DNA of 62,930 nucleotides, the filler included, from Pirum gemmata (lineage: Eukaryota): assembly GCA_002812295.1 (NCBI GenBank). It is 16 parts of 16 records of this genome, joined end to end, with 100 filler letters (N's around TTAATTAATTAA, not from the genome) between each part and the next. Parts side by side here need not be neighbours in the genome. Positions count along the whole stretch, not along the records: positions 11,824 to 15,651 come from PDIN01001856.1; positions 15,752 to 19,609 come from PDIN01001857.1; positions 19,710 to 23,562 come from PDIN01001858.1; positions 23,663 to 27,481 come from PDIN01001859.1; 12 more parts are not named here. One strand, given 5' to 3'. The notes beneath the pieces are model-generated. The model was given only the letters and a program-made list of their open reading frames with translations, had not been told where the DNA came from and did not search any database. The first letter of the stretch is position 1; each line of letters opens with the position of its first letter. Shown here one piece after another: positions 12,851-25,305 of this stretch. A program made the translations under genes and the position numbers.

Positions 12851-13665
12851 GCAACTCCATTATTTTTTGTGCTACAAAATTTGGTTTGAAATGCATAATA
12901 TATTAACGAAGGAAAATTAACAAACATTTATAAATAGTGATAAAAGTAAGAATATTCAACTCATTTTATTTTATTATGTCGTAACGATTTTATAGATAAC
13001 TTTGGGCAATAATAATAATAATTAATAATAATAATAATAATTATTAATATAATAATAATAATTAATAATAATAATAATAATTATAATAGTAATAATAATA
13101 ACAATAAAAAGAAAAATCAACAAATATACAAAAAGCAAACAAAAATTGTCACACTAATTATAGAACAAAAAAGCAATGTAAAGCAAAACAAACAATAAAA
13201 CACAAAATCAAAGCAAAACAAAAACTATTGAACGAAAATACAAACGGCAAAATGGCAATACCAGAAAAGTTTAATTTTAGCAGATGGCAGTTTGTTTTAA
13301 CCGAAATTTATAAAATTTTGAATATCAAACCCAGGTCAATTGTAAAAAGATGACACTTCATATTAAAGTTTTCTCATTTTTGTCTAAATTTAATTTTAAC
13401 AAAGTAAAAACTACACATTAAAGTAACAACATACTTTATAGATTTTTTTAGAGAAAAATATAAATTTTCGATTCTACAATTATTTATCAAGTTTGAATGC
13501 AATATTCAAAAAAAAAAATTGGACAATTTTGCCGAAACAACCCCGAAAAATGTGCAACTCAGGAGGAAGGCTAAAAATCATACTACCTTTTTCTTAATTT
13601 AATGTATGGCTCAATCATGTCACAACAAGCCTGAAAAATGTGCAACTCTGGAGGAAGCCTAAAAA

Positions 13666-15396
13666 TCATACTACCTTTTTCTTAATATATATGGCGCAAT
13701 CTTCATCCGGTTTGGCAGAAATTGAATGAATTTTACACAAAGCCTCATCGAATCCAGGTGCTTTGATTTTCGCAAGGGTCTTCAAATTTTCTAAAATGGA
13801 GCGACACAGTTCTTTTTGCTCATGTTTTAGAGCATGGGCATATAGAAGTGTATATGTATATGGTCTAAAGCGACCTAATTCCACACCCAATTCCATTAAT
13901 TTTGTGATTTCGGTGAAAGGTGATTTTGCATCAAGCATTTTCGTTGACTCGTATTCTACAAGAACAAAGCATTTCATTAAAATTTCAATATTCTTCAAAT
14001 GTTTCTCGAATATACAAGGTTTTTCGAAATATAAATCTATTACACGTTTGTAGTCCTTGGAAACAAAACGTGAATATATAAGTGCTTTATGAAAACTAGC
14101 ATAGATTTCTTGGGAGGAAAACTCGGTTGGCTGTAGGGTAGTAGTCCATAAAAATTCCAAAATTTTGGAAAAAGGAGCAGACGGATAATAACCAAGAGTA
14201 GATATTTTTTTCAATGTCATTTCGCTCAATTCAATATTGTGCGATTTTGAATAGTAAACGATTTGGTAAATTTCGTTACTATAATCAGGGAATTCTGAGG
14301 TGATTACTATCCGACCATGTCGTTTGTTTACTTTTGCATAATTGGCAATTAAACGTTGTAACAAGGCGTTTATCGTGGAAGACGTATGGTTATCATCTAA
14401 TATTGGTATATTGGTATATTTCGATATTTCTTCGAATATTTCCAGAGCTTTCTTTACTCGATTTTCTTCACTGTATGCTTTTATCAAACAAAAAGCGAAT
14501 GGGCCGAAATCTGGTAAGGTAATGATTCTAGAGAAGTTACAATACTCACTATTCTCGAAAAATGTAATGGCTTGTTTGTATTCTTTTTTTCGAACAAAAA
14601 ACCGAGTGGCTATTTGAAAAGTTCCTAAATCAAAGGCTTCTTTCTTTTTTAACATATACTGTATTTGTGCATTTACGTGATCATCAAAATTTGCCATGAA
14701 GGCGTACTTCATAGAAAAATACAACCATCTTTTTCGCTCGGATTGAGACCATAACAAGTAACTTTCACTTTCTTCTATTTCCGATAAAAGAGTTTTCATT
14801 TTATTAAGTTCCCCGGATTTGCAATAGCATTGATATTGTAAAATAGTAGTATTCACATCCCATTTTATCCTTGGATTATTACTTTTGATCACTTTAAAAA
14901 TAGCAAGACACTGTGTATAGTTTCTATTTTCTATCAAGGTTGTGCACAGTAGCAATATAATATTGTTAAAAGAATAAGGTAGTTGACTAACGTCTTTCAG
15001 TTCATTGATAATGCTATTGAATAACAACAAGGAATTTAAAATCTTCCGTTCTTGAACAGAGCGTTTAAATTGAAGAAACTTGTTTTGTTTGGTTTCATTT
15101 GGCGAATCTACATTTTGTTTTTTTTTTTCAATTTCTAAACCAAAGTCAACGTCAACAAAAACTTTGGTATCTAATAAATCGTATTCGAATGTTTTTAGCA
15201 CACTTACTTGCTCACTAAGGCTAGTTGATAAATTATCTTTCACAGAAATCTGTGAAATAGTTCTAGAAAATATATGAGTGGCACTTTTTTGCTTCCTATA
15301 TTCCAGGGCACACCCAAATGACGGAAAAGTGGAAATAAAAAGAATATCTTTTCCTAAATGCTTTACATGAGAGGATTTTGTTTGAAAAAAGTTCAT
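13666..15396 (-). CDS. Pentatricopeptide/alpha-solenoid repeat protein (PPR-like), possibly organelle-targeted; true 5' end uncertain
   Basis: 1.7-kb open frame; PPR-like helices FCLIKAYSEENRVKKALEIFEEISK, LQYQCYCKSGELNKMKTLLSEIEE and RPYTYTLLYAHALK. First in-frame ATG at 15396; in-frame TAA at 15439-15441. Confidence 0.65.
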   Translation of the reverse strand: MNFFQTKSSHVKHLGKDILFISTFPSFGCALEYRKQKSATHIFSRTISQISVKDNLSTSLSEQVSVLKTFEYDLLDTKVFVDVDFGLEIEKKKQNVDSPNETKQNKFLQFKRSVQERKILNSLLLFNSIINELKDVSQLPYSFNNIILLLCTTLIENRNYTQCLAIFKVIKSNNPRIKWDVNTTILQYQCYCKSGELNKMKTLLSEIEESESYLLWSQSERKRWLYFSMKYAFMANFDDHVNAQIQYMLKKKEAFDLGTFQIATRFFVRKKEYKQAITFFENSEYCNFSRIITLPDFGPFAFCLIKAYSEENRVKKALEIFEEISKYTNIPILDDNHTSSTINALLQRLIANYAKVNKRHGRIVITSEFPDYSNEIYQIVYYSKSHNIELSEMTLKKISTLGYYPSAPFSKILEFLWTTTLQPTEFSSQEIYASFHKALIYSRFVSKDYKRVIDLYFEKPCIFEKHLKNIEILMKCFVLVEYESTKMLDAKSPFTEITKLMELGVELGRFRPYTYTLLYAHALKHEQKELCRSILENLKTLAKIKAPGFDEALCKIHSISAKPDEDCAIYIKKKVV

Positions 15397-15888
15397 GTCA
15401 AAAGAAATCACAGATTTGTCTCTCTGAGCTTTCAGTATTTAACCAATGTTAGGCTTATAATAAATCTAACTTTGAACTTTCAGTTTTTAATCAATTTTCA
15501 GCTTATAATAAATCTAACTTTTTCGTTTAATAACGCTTTTGCTGAAGGATAACTAACATAAAGATAAAGATAATTTCATTTACGAAATGGTATAATGATC
15601 ACTAAAATTGGAAGTTATTGCTGCCTATTATTATTATTATCATTATTATTANNNNNNNNNNNNNNNNNNNNNNNNNNNNNNNNNNNNNNNNNNNNTTAAT
15701 TAATTAANNNNNNNNNNNNNNNNNNNNNNNNNNNNNNNNNNNNNNNNNNNNCAAAAACAAAAACAGAACAAAAACAAGAATAAAAGTAAAAACAAAACAC
15801 TACAAACTGCAAAAAGACAATACTATAAAAAATAAAATTGAAAACAAAAAAACAAAAAAAGAAAAAAACTTAAAAAACAAAAAGAAAA

Positions 15889-16710
15889 ATGGTTAACTTC
15901 ACTCAAATCGCTCTTGCTTCTGCTGCCTCTGCTGCTTTAGTAAATGCTTCTGGTCATGATCACAAACACAAAGAATTTCAATTCTCTGAATACGAAGTAA
16001 AAATCACCAACTTGGCCTTTAACCAACCTTTGTCCAGACCAGTGGTTTTCACACACAATGAAAACTTTGAATTATTTCAATTTAATGGCCAAGCGTCTAA
16101 AGGTCTTCGTATTGTAGCTGAAGATGGTAACCCTGACGTTCTAGAAGCCGAAGCTGAAAAATCCAAGGATGTCAACTCTAAAAGTATCGTTGTGGGTGAA
16201 ACGGGTATTCCTCCAAGAGAATCGCAAACTTTAACCATCAAAACTACAAAAGATTACCCTTTAATCTCCATGGCATCCATGGCCATTAACACTAATGATT
16301 GCTTTGTGGCAGTAAATGGTGAAAATATTTATGATTACGATAGAGAATACATATGGGATTTACCGGGTCTTGATGCTGGTACAGAGGGAAACAATGAATT
16401 GTGTACTCATATGCCAGGTCCTGCTTGCCTAGAAGATTCTGGTAACTTGAGAGATGAAGCTGGAGCGGAAGGATTTATTCATGTTCATCGTGGAGTTCAT
16501 GGTGTTCAAATGTTTAATAAAACTTTAGAACCTTTAGCTGAAAGAGCAAACGGAGGGCCATTTGCACCTCAATTCTATGATTGGCGTAACCCAATGGTTC
16601 GTTTTGAAGTTGTTAAAACCAAAGAATGCTCTAAAAAATGGATTAAGACAAGATATGGTTATAAATGGGGTGCACTTAAATGTGAACCAGTGTATAACGA
16701 GAAATATTAA
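15889..16710 (+). CDS. Secreted Spondin_N-domain protein (stand-alone bacterial-type spondin), 273 aa, intronless
   Basis: Signal peptide MVNFTQIALASAASAALVNA; motifs YEVKITNL..QPLS.PVV.TH, ASKGL..VAEDG, SMA.NTNDCF, DAGTEGNNE, EGFIHVHRGVHG; A-rich leader and strongly biased codons. Confidence 0.9.
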   Translation: MVNFTQIALASAASAALVNASGHDHKHKEFQFSEYEVKITNLAFNQPLSRPVVFTHNENFELFQFNGQASKGLRIVAEDGNPDVLEAEAEKSKDVNSKSIVVGETGIPPRESQTLTIKTTKDYPLISMASMAINTNDCFVAVNGENIYDYDREYIWDLPGLDAGTEGNNELCTHMPGPACLEDSGNLRDEAGAEGFIHVHRGVHGVQMFNKTLEPLAERANGGPFAPQFYDWRNPMVRFEVVKTKECSKKWIKTRYGYKWGALKCEPVYNEKY

Positions 16711-16936
16711 AGTTTGAAAAGTAAAATTGATAATCATAAAAGTGAAATGAATACATGATTAAATTTTCTAAATTTTAATGAAAAGTAAAAGTAATAATAA
16801 TAATAAATAGTCGAATATTTTTAGTAAAGTATTAATAAAAGTAATAATAATAATAATAATTGATTATTATTATACAATAATAGTGAAATAAATAAATTAT
16901 AACTTCGAAATTCATATATATTATATTATATAGCAC

Positions 16937-16980
<44 letters not shown>

Positions 16981-17521
16981 TATCATTATATTAATATTAA
17001 TTAATATGTATCTATTTATTAATATTATTAAATAAATAAATCAATAAATACTAGCAAAAAATAATTATAAAAAAATATTATAATTGTAAATTTGAATAAT
17101 ATGATGTCACTATGTGAATGACTTGTCTATTGCTTTTCTGACTTTTAATCCTGACTATAAAAAATCACAATGTAACCTGCATTGTAACATAAGACATTAT
17201 TACGTAAAAATTTATTATTATGTAAAAGCAGTTGTAAAAACCTACGTATAAAAGTCTATAATTAAAAACGTACAAATGATGTCATATTGTTAATAAAAAA
17301 AGCTTTTTTATTGATTTCCTGACTTTTATTCTGACTTTAAACAAATCACAAGGTAATATGTACTTTAATTATATTAATATGATTGGTTAAGGTACGATTC
17401 AAATTTGGAATCACTTGATTATTTCAAAGTAAATTGGATACAAAACTTGACTCTCTGTACTTTTATTCGCCTATTTACCTGTAGAATCGTAGTATGGATT
17501 ACATTCAAAAATATATAGGTT

Positions 17522-17720
17522 TCTTCCAATTCTGCTCAAACCCGAAAACTCGAATTTCTGCTGTCAAAAAAGCCAAAATTCAGCCCCGTTCGAAAACTAT
17601 TTTTTTTCGTATTTTTCGAGTTTTTTAATAAATAAATATATTTGAATACTTAATTGTAAGCTTAAACATTTCGAACTTAATAATTAATATATAGACTCGA
17701 AATCTCGATTTTTAAACAGA
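17522..17720 (+). repeat. Dispersed repeat with a second copy at ~52344-52530
   Basis: ccaattct.ctc...cgaaaactcga.tttctgctg.c.aaa...ttcagcc...gttcgaaaa...aataaataaatata.ttgaatactta shared by both copies. Confidence 0.7.
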
Positions 17721-18449
17721 GAGAATTTACTAAAAACAATACCTAAACATACAGTAATAATACCTAAAGCATTTTTTTTTTTTTTTTTTTNNNNNNNNNN
17801 TCAAGGGGTAGGTAAGTAGGTGGTATTTAACCGGAAATCAACGTCGAGGGGTAGGTAGGTAGGGGTATTTGAAGCTGTATTTGACCGGAAATTGGCGTTA
17901 CGTAGTATTTCGTCATTGAATCGTCATAGTAAATCTAATCATAGTAGATACCAATTAAAGTAATAATATTAACATTAATAGTAATAAAAACCATAAAAAT
18001 CGGAAAAGTTCTGGCAGCTGTTCGACATAACTACCCATGGTGCATTACATCTAAACACTATCAATTTTTGAAAAAACATTTAAATTTTTGTTTGCGGGGG
18101 CTCGAAAATTTTGAACGAACATAATTTTCCTATGTTTGAGAATTTCGACCATAATTAATATTATATGTTCGAAAAATCAAACTATTATGCTATATCGTCA
18201 ACTGGCTAGCTAGCTAGACTCTTAGTAGCCTGATAGTTCTGATAGGCTATGGTGCTTTACACTTAATTAAAAAAACTACCAACGTTTGAAAAAACATTCA
18301 AATTTTGTTTGTGGGTGCTCGAAAATTTTGAACGAACATAATTTTCCTATGTTTGAGAATTTCGAACATAATTAATATTATATGTTCTATTTTCCTATGT
18401 TTGATAATTTCGAACATAATTAATATTATATGTTCGAAAAATCGAACTA

Positions 18450-18935
18450 TTATGTTATATTATATTATATTACATTGTATTATTAATATATTATATCAAT
18501 ATTATATTGTATTGTATGGTATTGTATTGTATTGTATTGTATTGTATTGTATTGTATTGTATTGTATGTGTCATATATTTTTAATGATCATATTAATATT
18601 GTATTAATTAATATTACTGTATTGTATTGTATTATACTGTATTGTATTGATATTGTATTGCAATTGTATTTTATTGTATTGTATTGTATTGTATTGTATT
18701 AACATTGTATTGTATTGTATTATATTATATTGTATTGTATTGTATTAACATTGTATCATATTGTATTGTATATTAATACATTAACATTAATTGTATTATA
18801 TTATATTATTTTGTATTGTATTGTATTGTATTGTATTGTATTGTATTGTATTGTATTGTATTGTATTGTATTGTGTTGTGTTGTGTTGTGTTGTGTTGTA
18901 CTAATTTTTTGTATGATTTATTGTATTGTATTTTA
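18450..18935 (+). repeat. (ATTGT)n microsatellite embedded in a ttcgaacata-rich repeat (~18040-19220)
   Basis: Direct reading; source of the spurious YCIVL ORFs. Confidence 0.9.
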
Positions 18936-19426
18936 TTATAGTTCGTATTGTTATAATTTTTTATTATGGTTCGAACATATCCTCGAATATTGACATAAAT
19001 ATGTTCGATCATATGTAATCACTTATGTTTGAATATTCGATCAGAGGGAAGATTAAAATCGACGGGGGGGGGGTCTCTAGCTTTTAAATTAATATTTTCG
19101 AACATACAATTATATGTTCAAATATAAATACTTACTTATGTTTGAGTAGTTCAAACAGAGGTCAAAAAATTTTCCACCCCGAAAAATTAAAATCGATTTT
19201 TCTCGATAAGTTTTTATTTTTTTTGTTTTCGTATATTGTAGCTAGACTATGTACAAACAAACCAATAATTTTACAAAAGTTAATGATAATAATAATAATA
19301 ATATGATAATGAAAATGTTATATTTTTCGAACGTGTGAGAAAACTGAAAAATACTAATTTTTGTTTAAAGTTCGATTTTGTGTTCGATAATGTTAGATAA
19401 TGTAAATATAGTAAAAACTAATTAAA

Positions 19427-19463
<37 letters not shown>

Positions 19464-21340
19464 GACGTCTAATTATATTTATAAAAAAGTTTAAAAAATT
19501 AGTTTTAAAAAAAAATAAGTTTTAAAAATTTTTTAATTTAAATTTTAGAATTAATTTTAATATTATTAGTTTTTATAATTATTTATTTTTATTTTTATTA
19601 TTATTATTANNNNNNNNNNNNNNNNNNNNNNNNNNNNNNNNNNNNNNNNNNNNTTAATTAATTAANNNNNNNNNNNNNNNNNNNNNNNNNNNNNNNNNNN
19701 NNNNNNNNNATAATAATAATAATCTATAGACTCTACTTAGCTAGCTAGCTAGCTAGGCTAGCTAGTAGGGAGATTCGGATTTCATTCAGATTTCTAGCTA
19801 AATTCGGATTTCCACCCCTCGAGCATTTTCGATTGGTTGGAATTCTTTCCAAAATCAAAAAAATAAGAAAAATCAAAAAAAAAAAACCAATAAAGAATTT
19901 TATAAATTTAATTATAGCGAATGATAATCCAGAAAAAATTTCAAGTTGATGTTTATTTCTAAATTTGAGTAGTTAGATTTTTTAAAAAAACCTCCTCTGA
20001 ATTTCAGAGTCTGAAATTTACCTAAATTTACTTATTTTATTACAGACAAAATTTACAAACCTCCGATTTATATGCATATCATAGTAAAAAAAAAAAAAGT
20101 CTCCTAAAATGTTACACCTCTAACAAAAACACTAATCTTATATTATCGTGCATTTCATTTATTTGGTCACTCCAAATATTTATTTGGTGGTTTATAATCT
20201 TTAAATTGACAATTTTAAATCAATATACATAACAATTAAATGAATTTAATTAAATTATATCAATTCGGTACTATTTATTGTATACTTTATAATGACAAAA
20301 CAACTGAAACGCATTATGATCATATCTGAAACACTTATGGCATATATACTCTAATAAAGCTACTAGAGTATAAAACTCTAGCTAGTACGGTTTACATTTT
20401 TACCTTGCGTTTTTAGCTGTTGGGGAACTTGGGGGTAGGCGTTTTTAGTTTACTTTTTATGATACCATGCTAGCTACTAGCTAACTCTAACCCACCCACC
20501 CACACCCAACCACCCTAACCCTGATCCTAACCCTAACCCTAACCCTAACTCGAATCCTAACCCTAACCCTAACCCTAACCCTACCTTTAGCTAACCTGTA
20601 CAGACCGGTACAGTTCGTTTTATTACAGCCTTGTCAGAGATGGTCTAACTGGAATTTCTCAAAATCATTGGCAGGTCTTTGACTCTTTATGTGCTATGTC
20701 ATAGGGTTAGGGTTATTAATAATAAGTTAGGGTTAGGGTTAGGAACTTAGGGTTAGAAGTTTAGCTATGCATATCAGCTTGATGGCCCTCGGAGAAAGCT
20801 TTACGATCAGCCGTTAGTGTTAGGTTAGACTATGCCCATATCGGCAAGAGACTCTAGAGAGACTGTTGGTTTTCTTTGGGTTAGTATCCATAACTTTAGA
20901 ATTTTTGGTAGTTTTTTTGTGTTGATTTTTATCTCTTCCCATTCATTTTGTTCTTCTATATTCCAATTTAAAGGCTGTTTAGGTTTTTATCATTAAAAGT
21001 TTTGGTTTTTTAAGGTGTTTTCTTCTATGTGTTTTATACTGGAGGTATTATTAATATTATCAGTGGTTTGGACTTTGAGCATATTTCTATTAATGTTTTT
21101 GTTGTTTCTTTTTTACGTATATTTTTATCTTGTTGTTGTATTATTGGGTTTTAATTAATGAAGATAATATTATTTTGTTTTATATCGTAAAATTAGTAGT
21201 TAATAAATTATTACCAACATGGACAATTCACACAATAGGAACCCTACAAAACATGATCCCAATACAAAACAACACAGAACGATGATTAAAAAACTAGCAT
21301 ACAACCATCAAAATAACAACAACAATAAGTTTAACTACTA

Positions 21341-22405
21341 AGGGTTCCTATTGTGTGAATTATCCATGTTGGTAATAATTTATTGTTGTTTGTGTTGTTA
21401 TTAATGTTGTGTATTGTGAGATTTTGATTGTAGTTATGATGCAATTGATTTGTGAGCAAGTTGTAGTTGCTGAGGAAGCAATGTCACCAGCAAGATTTGT
21501 TGTGATTGTTATTTGTGTTGTATGTGAAGATGACATTGTGTTGAAAATTTTTAATAGGGTTGACGTGTCTCCTTGTTTTAAAAGAGAATGATCATGTTAG
21601 TTGTAGGTTTGGGTTGATATAAAATTTATAATGTAAGATGAACCTAGTACTATGTTGATGTCTCCTTTGTTTCTGGGTGTTGTGATAATATTATAGTCTT
21701 GTGTGAATTGGTTGTTGGTAAAAAAAGGTTGTGATTTTTTGTTGTAGGGGTTGAAGTAACTTATCTGGTATAAAGGTATTGGCCATAGAATATTGAGATT
21801 TTAAATTTGCTAGCATTAATTAAGGTGTTTGCTAATTTCATTCTTTCTAATCAATGTAAAGCTTTCGATTTTTCGGTTGTTTTCTTTTATATTATTAATT
21901 TTAAAATTATTTATACCCCTAGATTTTCCATTGTTTCTAGTTTACATATTCTGTAGAATGCCGTTTTCTTCTAATAAGGTTGACATTTTACGGAAGTACA
22001 TTCCTTTATTTTATCTTTGTTTCATTTGTAGCACTTTTGTAGCCATCAAAATTTTCACTAAAACTTGTTATTGTATTGATTACTAATAGAACAATCAAAT
22101 CATTTTTACTGAAGATATTAATTAATTAAGATCATCTGCGTATATAGGAGGATATTTTTCTGTAATGAGGTGGATTATAACTCTCTTTTAAAAAAGTTCT
22201 ATGTATTAATATTATAACAAAAAGATAATATAATATATTGATATTAGGCAACCTTGTCTTATACTTCTTATTGGGTCAAGTGTACTATGGAGTTTTCATA
22301 TAAGTTTTGGTTTATTGTTATAAGTTCTTCTGGGAATCCAAAGGAAGCTAGAATGTTGAATAATAAAAACCATCTTGCTTTGTCGAAAGTTTTCTCCCTG
22401 TCATT
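21341..22405 (-). pseudogene. Decayed L1/Tx1-like non-LTR reverse transcriptase (not in the ORF track)
   Basis: Minus-strand reading DREKTFDKARWFLLFNILASFGFP...NLYE (~22400-22290), frameshift, IRQGCLISILL (RQGCPLS motif), YADD at 22142-22131, and downstream TPRNKGDINI resembling the L1 P..KGGL motif. Confidence 0.8.
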
Positions 22406-23007
22406 GGGGTTGTTGATATAATATTAACAGAGAAAGGATTCCGAAAGAATAACAATCAAAAACAGGAGAACCAACACAAAAAGACTACCAAAACTTATTT
22501 ATTAGTATTATTAATAATTATTGTTAAAATGCTAACTTTTATGCTTCCTGTATATTAATTATTTATTTGGTTAGTTATAATATTTAAATTGACATTTTTA
22601 AATGAATAATTAGATATTAAAATATACCAAATTAAATGAAATTGATTTATATTGTATTAATTTGGTACTTTTTATTGTATATTTATGATGACAAAACAAC
22701 TGAAAAAAGACGATAGTCCCTAGACTACTATTGTGCTTTTCAATAATTGTTTTGTCATCATAAAATATACAATAAAGAGTACCAAATTAATACTATATAA
22801 ATCAATTTCATTTAATTTGGTATATTTTAATATCTACTTATTCATTTAAAAAGGGTCAGTTTAAATATCATAACCAACCAAATAAATATTTGGGGTGGCA
22901 AAATAAATAAAAAGCACAAAAAAGAGATTGCGAAAAACAAAAAATAATGCATCATTTATTTTCCTTTTTGCCACTCTATATAATATGTTTTGGCCTACTC
23001 TTATCAT

Positions 23008-23508
23008 AACCCTAACCCTCTAGCCCTAACCCTAACCCTAACCCTAACCCTAACCCTAACCCTAACCCTAATCCTAACCCTAACCCTAACCCTAACCCTA
23101 ACCCTAACCCCAGCCCTGTTGTTGTTGCTATAGCTATTGTTAATATTACAAGTCTTTGATAATCAGTTACACTAGACTTCCCTTCACATTCTGCAGTAGT
23201 TCTACAATAAAAACCTGTAACTTACAATTGTAGGGCTCTGAATCATCATGACATATAGAAGATTATATAACCCTAACCCTAACCTTACCTGTTTCATATC
23301 TAACCCTAACCCTAATACCCTGTCCGGCCTAACCCTAACCATCATGGCATAATTATAGAAGATTTATGATATATATACTTATACACGTGTACCTTACCCA
23401 TTTCATATCTAGCCCTAACCCTAACCCTGACACCCTGACCGACCTAGCCCTGACCCTAACCCTAACCGACCTAACCCTAACCCTAACCCTAACCCTAGCC
23501 CTAACCCT
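23008..23508 (-). repeat. Interstitial (CCCTAA)n arrays with degenerate units
   Basis: Direct reading. Confidence 0.9.
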
Positions 23509-24037
23509 CAAAATTAGGTTTAGTGCTTATAATGACATTATTATTATTATTATTATTATATANNNNNNNNNNNNNNNNNNNNNNNNNNNNNNNNNNNNNN
23601 NNNNNNTTAATTAATTAANNNNNNNNNNNNNNNNNNNNNNNNNNNNNNNNNNNNNNNNNNNNTTAGATAATTTTCAAATTTTCATATATTTCAATATTTT
23701 TTAAAATATCAAATTTTCTAGATGCTAAAAATTGAATATAACGCGTTATTGGACGTACAAAATGTATGAAAAATTTAATCAAGTAATTTATATCCTAAAA
23801 AAGAAATTATCAAAAGTAAATTCGTTTAAAATCCGAAATCTGCAGTGTGATTGGCACTGATCAATATTAACTGAAATGCATAGCCAAGTTGAGATAAGTT
23901 GATAATGATTTTTCATGTTATTAATACACTAAGTATCGTGTTTTTCCAATAGTGTTGTTCAGTTCAAAAGTGAAAAATTATTATTACGGACAACGGTAAT
24001 GGAAATAGACGATATGATTAGTAGAAAGGGGCAACTA

Positions 24038-24099
<62 letters not shown>

Positions 24100-24474
24100 T
24101 TTTTTTAATTTTTTTTTTTTTATTTATAAATAAATAAATTAATAAATTAATAAATTAAATTAAATATATATATAAATCCAAAAATTAATTCTCATCACAA
24201 TAAGATATTTAAGATAATCAGATAAATTAAAATTTCAAGATAAAAAAGAGAGATGATGACGTCATCAATTAAATAAGTTGAAAACACATTGTTTTTTGTA
24301 TTTTTGTTGTTGAAATATACAAATAGATTTCTATGTAAATATATATATGCATATAGTAACTAGATATAGTAAGTATATTTATTGAAAACCTCAAGCATTC
24401 GAGCTAGCATTACTACGCATAACTACTAAGCTAAACCATGATTAGTCCATGTCTAATAGCTAGCTAAATGAAGA

Positions 24475-24925
24475 TGATTAGTGCAGTTTTACTAATGACT
24501 GACCTCGGGGGGGGGGGTTTTTGATCGGTTTTTTTTCAGTTTCGAACATCCTACTTTTTTATATGAGAACTGAGAGAACATTGCGATAAAAAGTGCGGTT
24601 TTTCGCGATAGAATGCACTAACACGTGGTTAGTGCACTAAATTTAATTAATAAAGTTACCTTATTCGGAAAGAGTGTCACTAACCAGTGCGCAGTAAAAT
24701 TCCGAGTTTTTTGAGACTTTCATTAACTATTTAATGACGTCATAAGTACCTCTCATATATCTTTTAGTAAAAGACGGACTAACCAACGTTAGAATACTTT
24801 TTTTTACTACTTGGCTCGATTTTTTTTTTTTTTTACGAAGCACTAACCACAGTTAGTAAAAAAAATCGTTAGCTAACGTTTAATTAGTAAAAAAAATCGT
24901 TAACTAAAGTTTGATTAGTCTATGT
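24475..24925. repeat. Dispersed repeat with reiterated gcactaacc/ggttagtgc motifs; inverted homologue at ~28520-28940 inside an intron
   Basis: ttttactaat..ctgacc..ttgatcg.tttt..tcagttt.gaacat.c.actttt.atatga.aac.gag matches the reverse complement of 28836-28932. Confidence 0.65.
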
Positions 24926-25038
24926 TATACGATACCTCTAGCTAGGGTTGTTCGGTTCTAGATTTGTAAACTACCTTCCGAGTCTAAGAGACGGGTCAGG
25001 ATTTTAAGGGTGGACAAGAAAGAAAATCTTTTTCACCA

Positions 25039-25305
25039 TTCTATTAGTAAAAAATCTGAAGATGGAATTGAATCTAGAAGGGTACTTTTATCAACTAAGA
25101 CATCTAGATTGGTATTTTTAGACTTTAAAACCAGCGTTTGAATCGATATTTTTTTTATCCTTAATTTTGCTAAAAAAAAATGTGTATCCAGATGTCGATT
25201 AAAAAGTTTAAAATACCAATCTAGATGTCTTAGTTGACAAAAATACCCTTCTAGATTCAATTCCATGTTCAGATTTTTCCATCTTCAGATTTTTTACTGG
25301 TAGAA
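25039..25305. mobile_element. Fold-back/MITE-like element with ~80-bp inverted arms; right arm duplicated at ~25440-25532
   Basis: agtaaaaaatctgaagatgg..aattgaatctagaagggta..tcaactaagacatctagattggtattt versus aaataccaatctagatgtcttagttga..tacccttctagattcaattcc..ccatcttcagattttttact. Confidence 0.75.

Noticed and set aside
13763..15277. Short plus-strand ORFs inside the PPR-like gene (also 10774-11016, 16534-16737, 56005-56497)
   Set aside because: Antisense shadows of real coding regions with no recognisable motifs.
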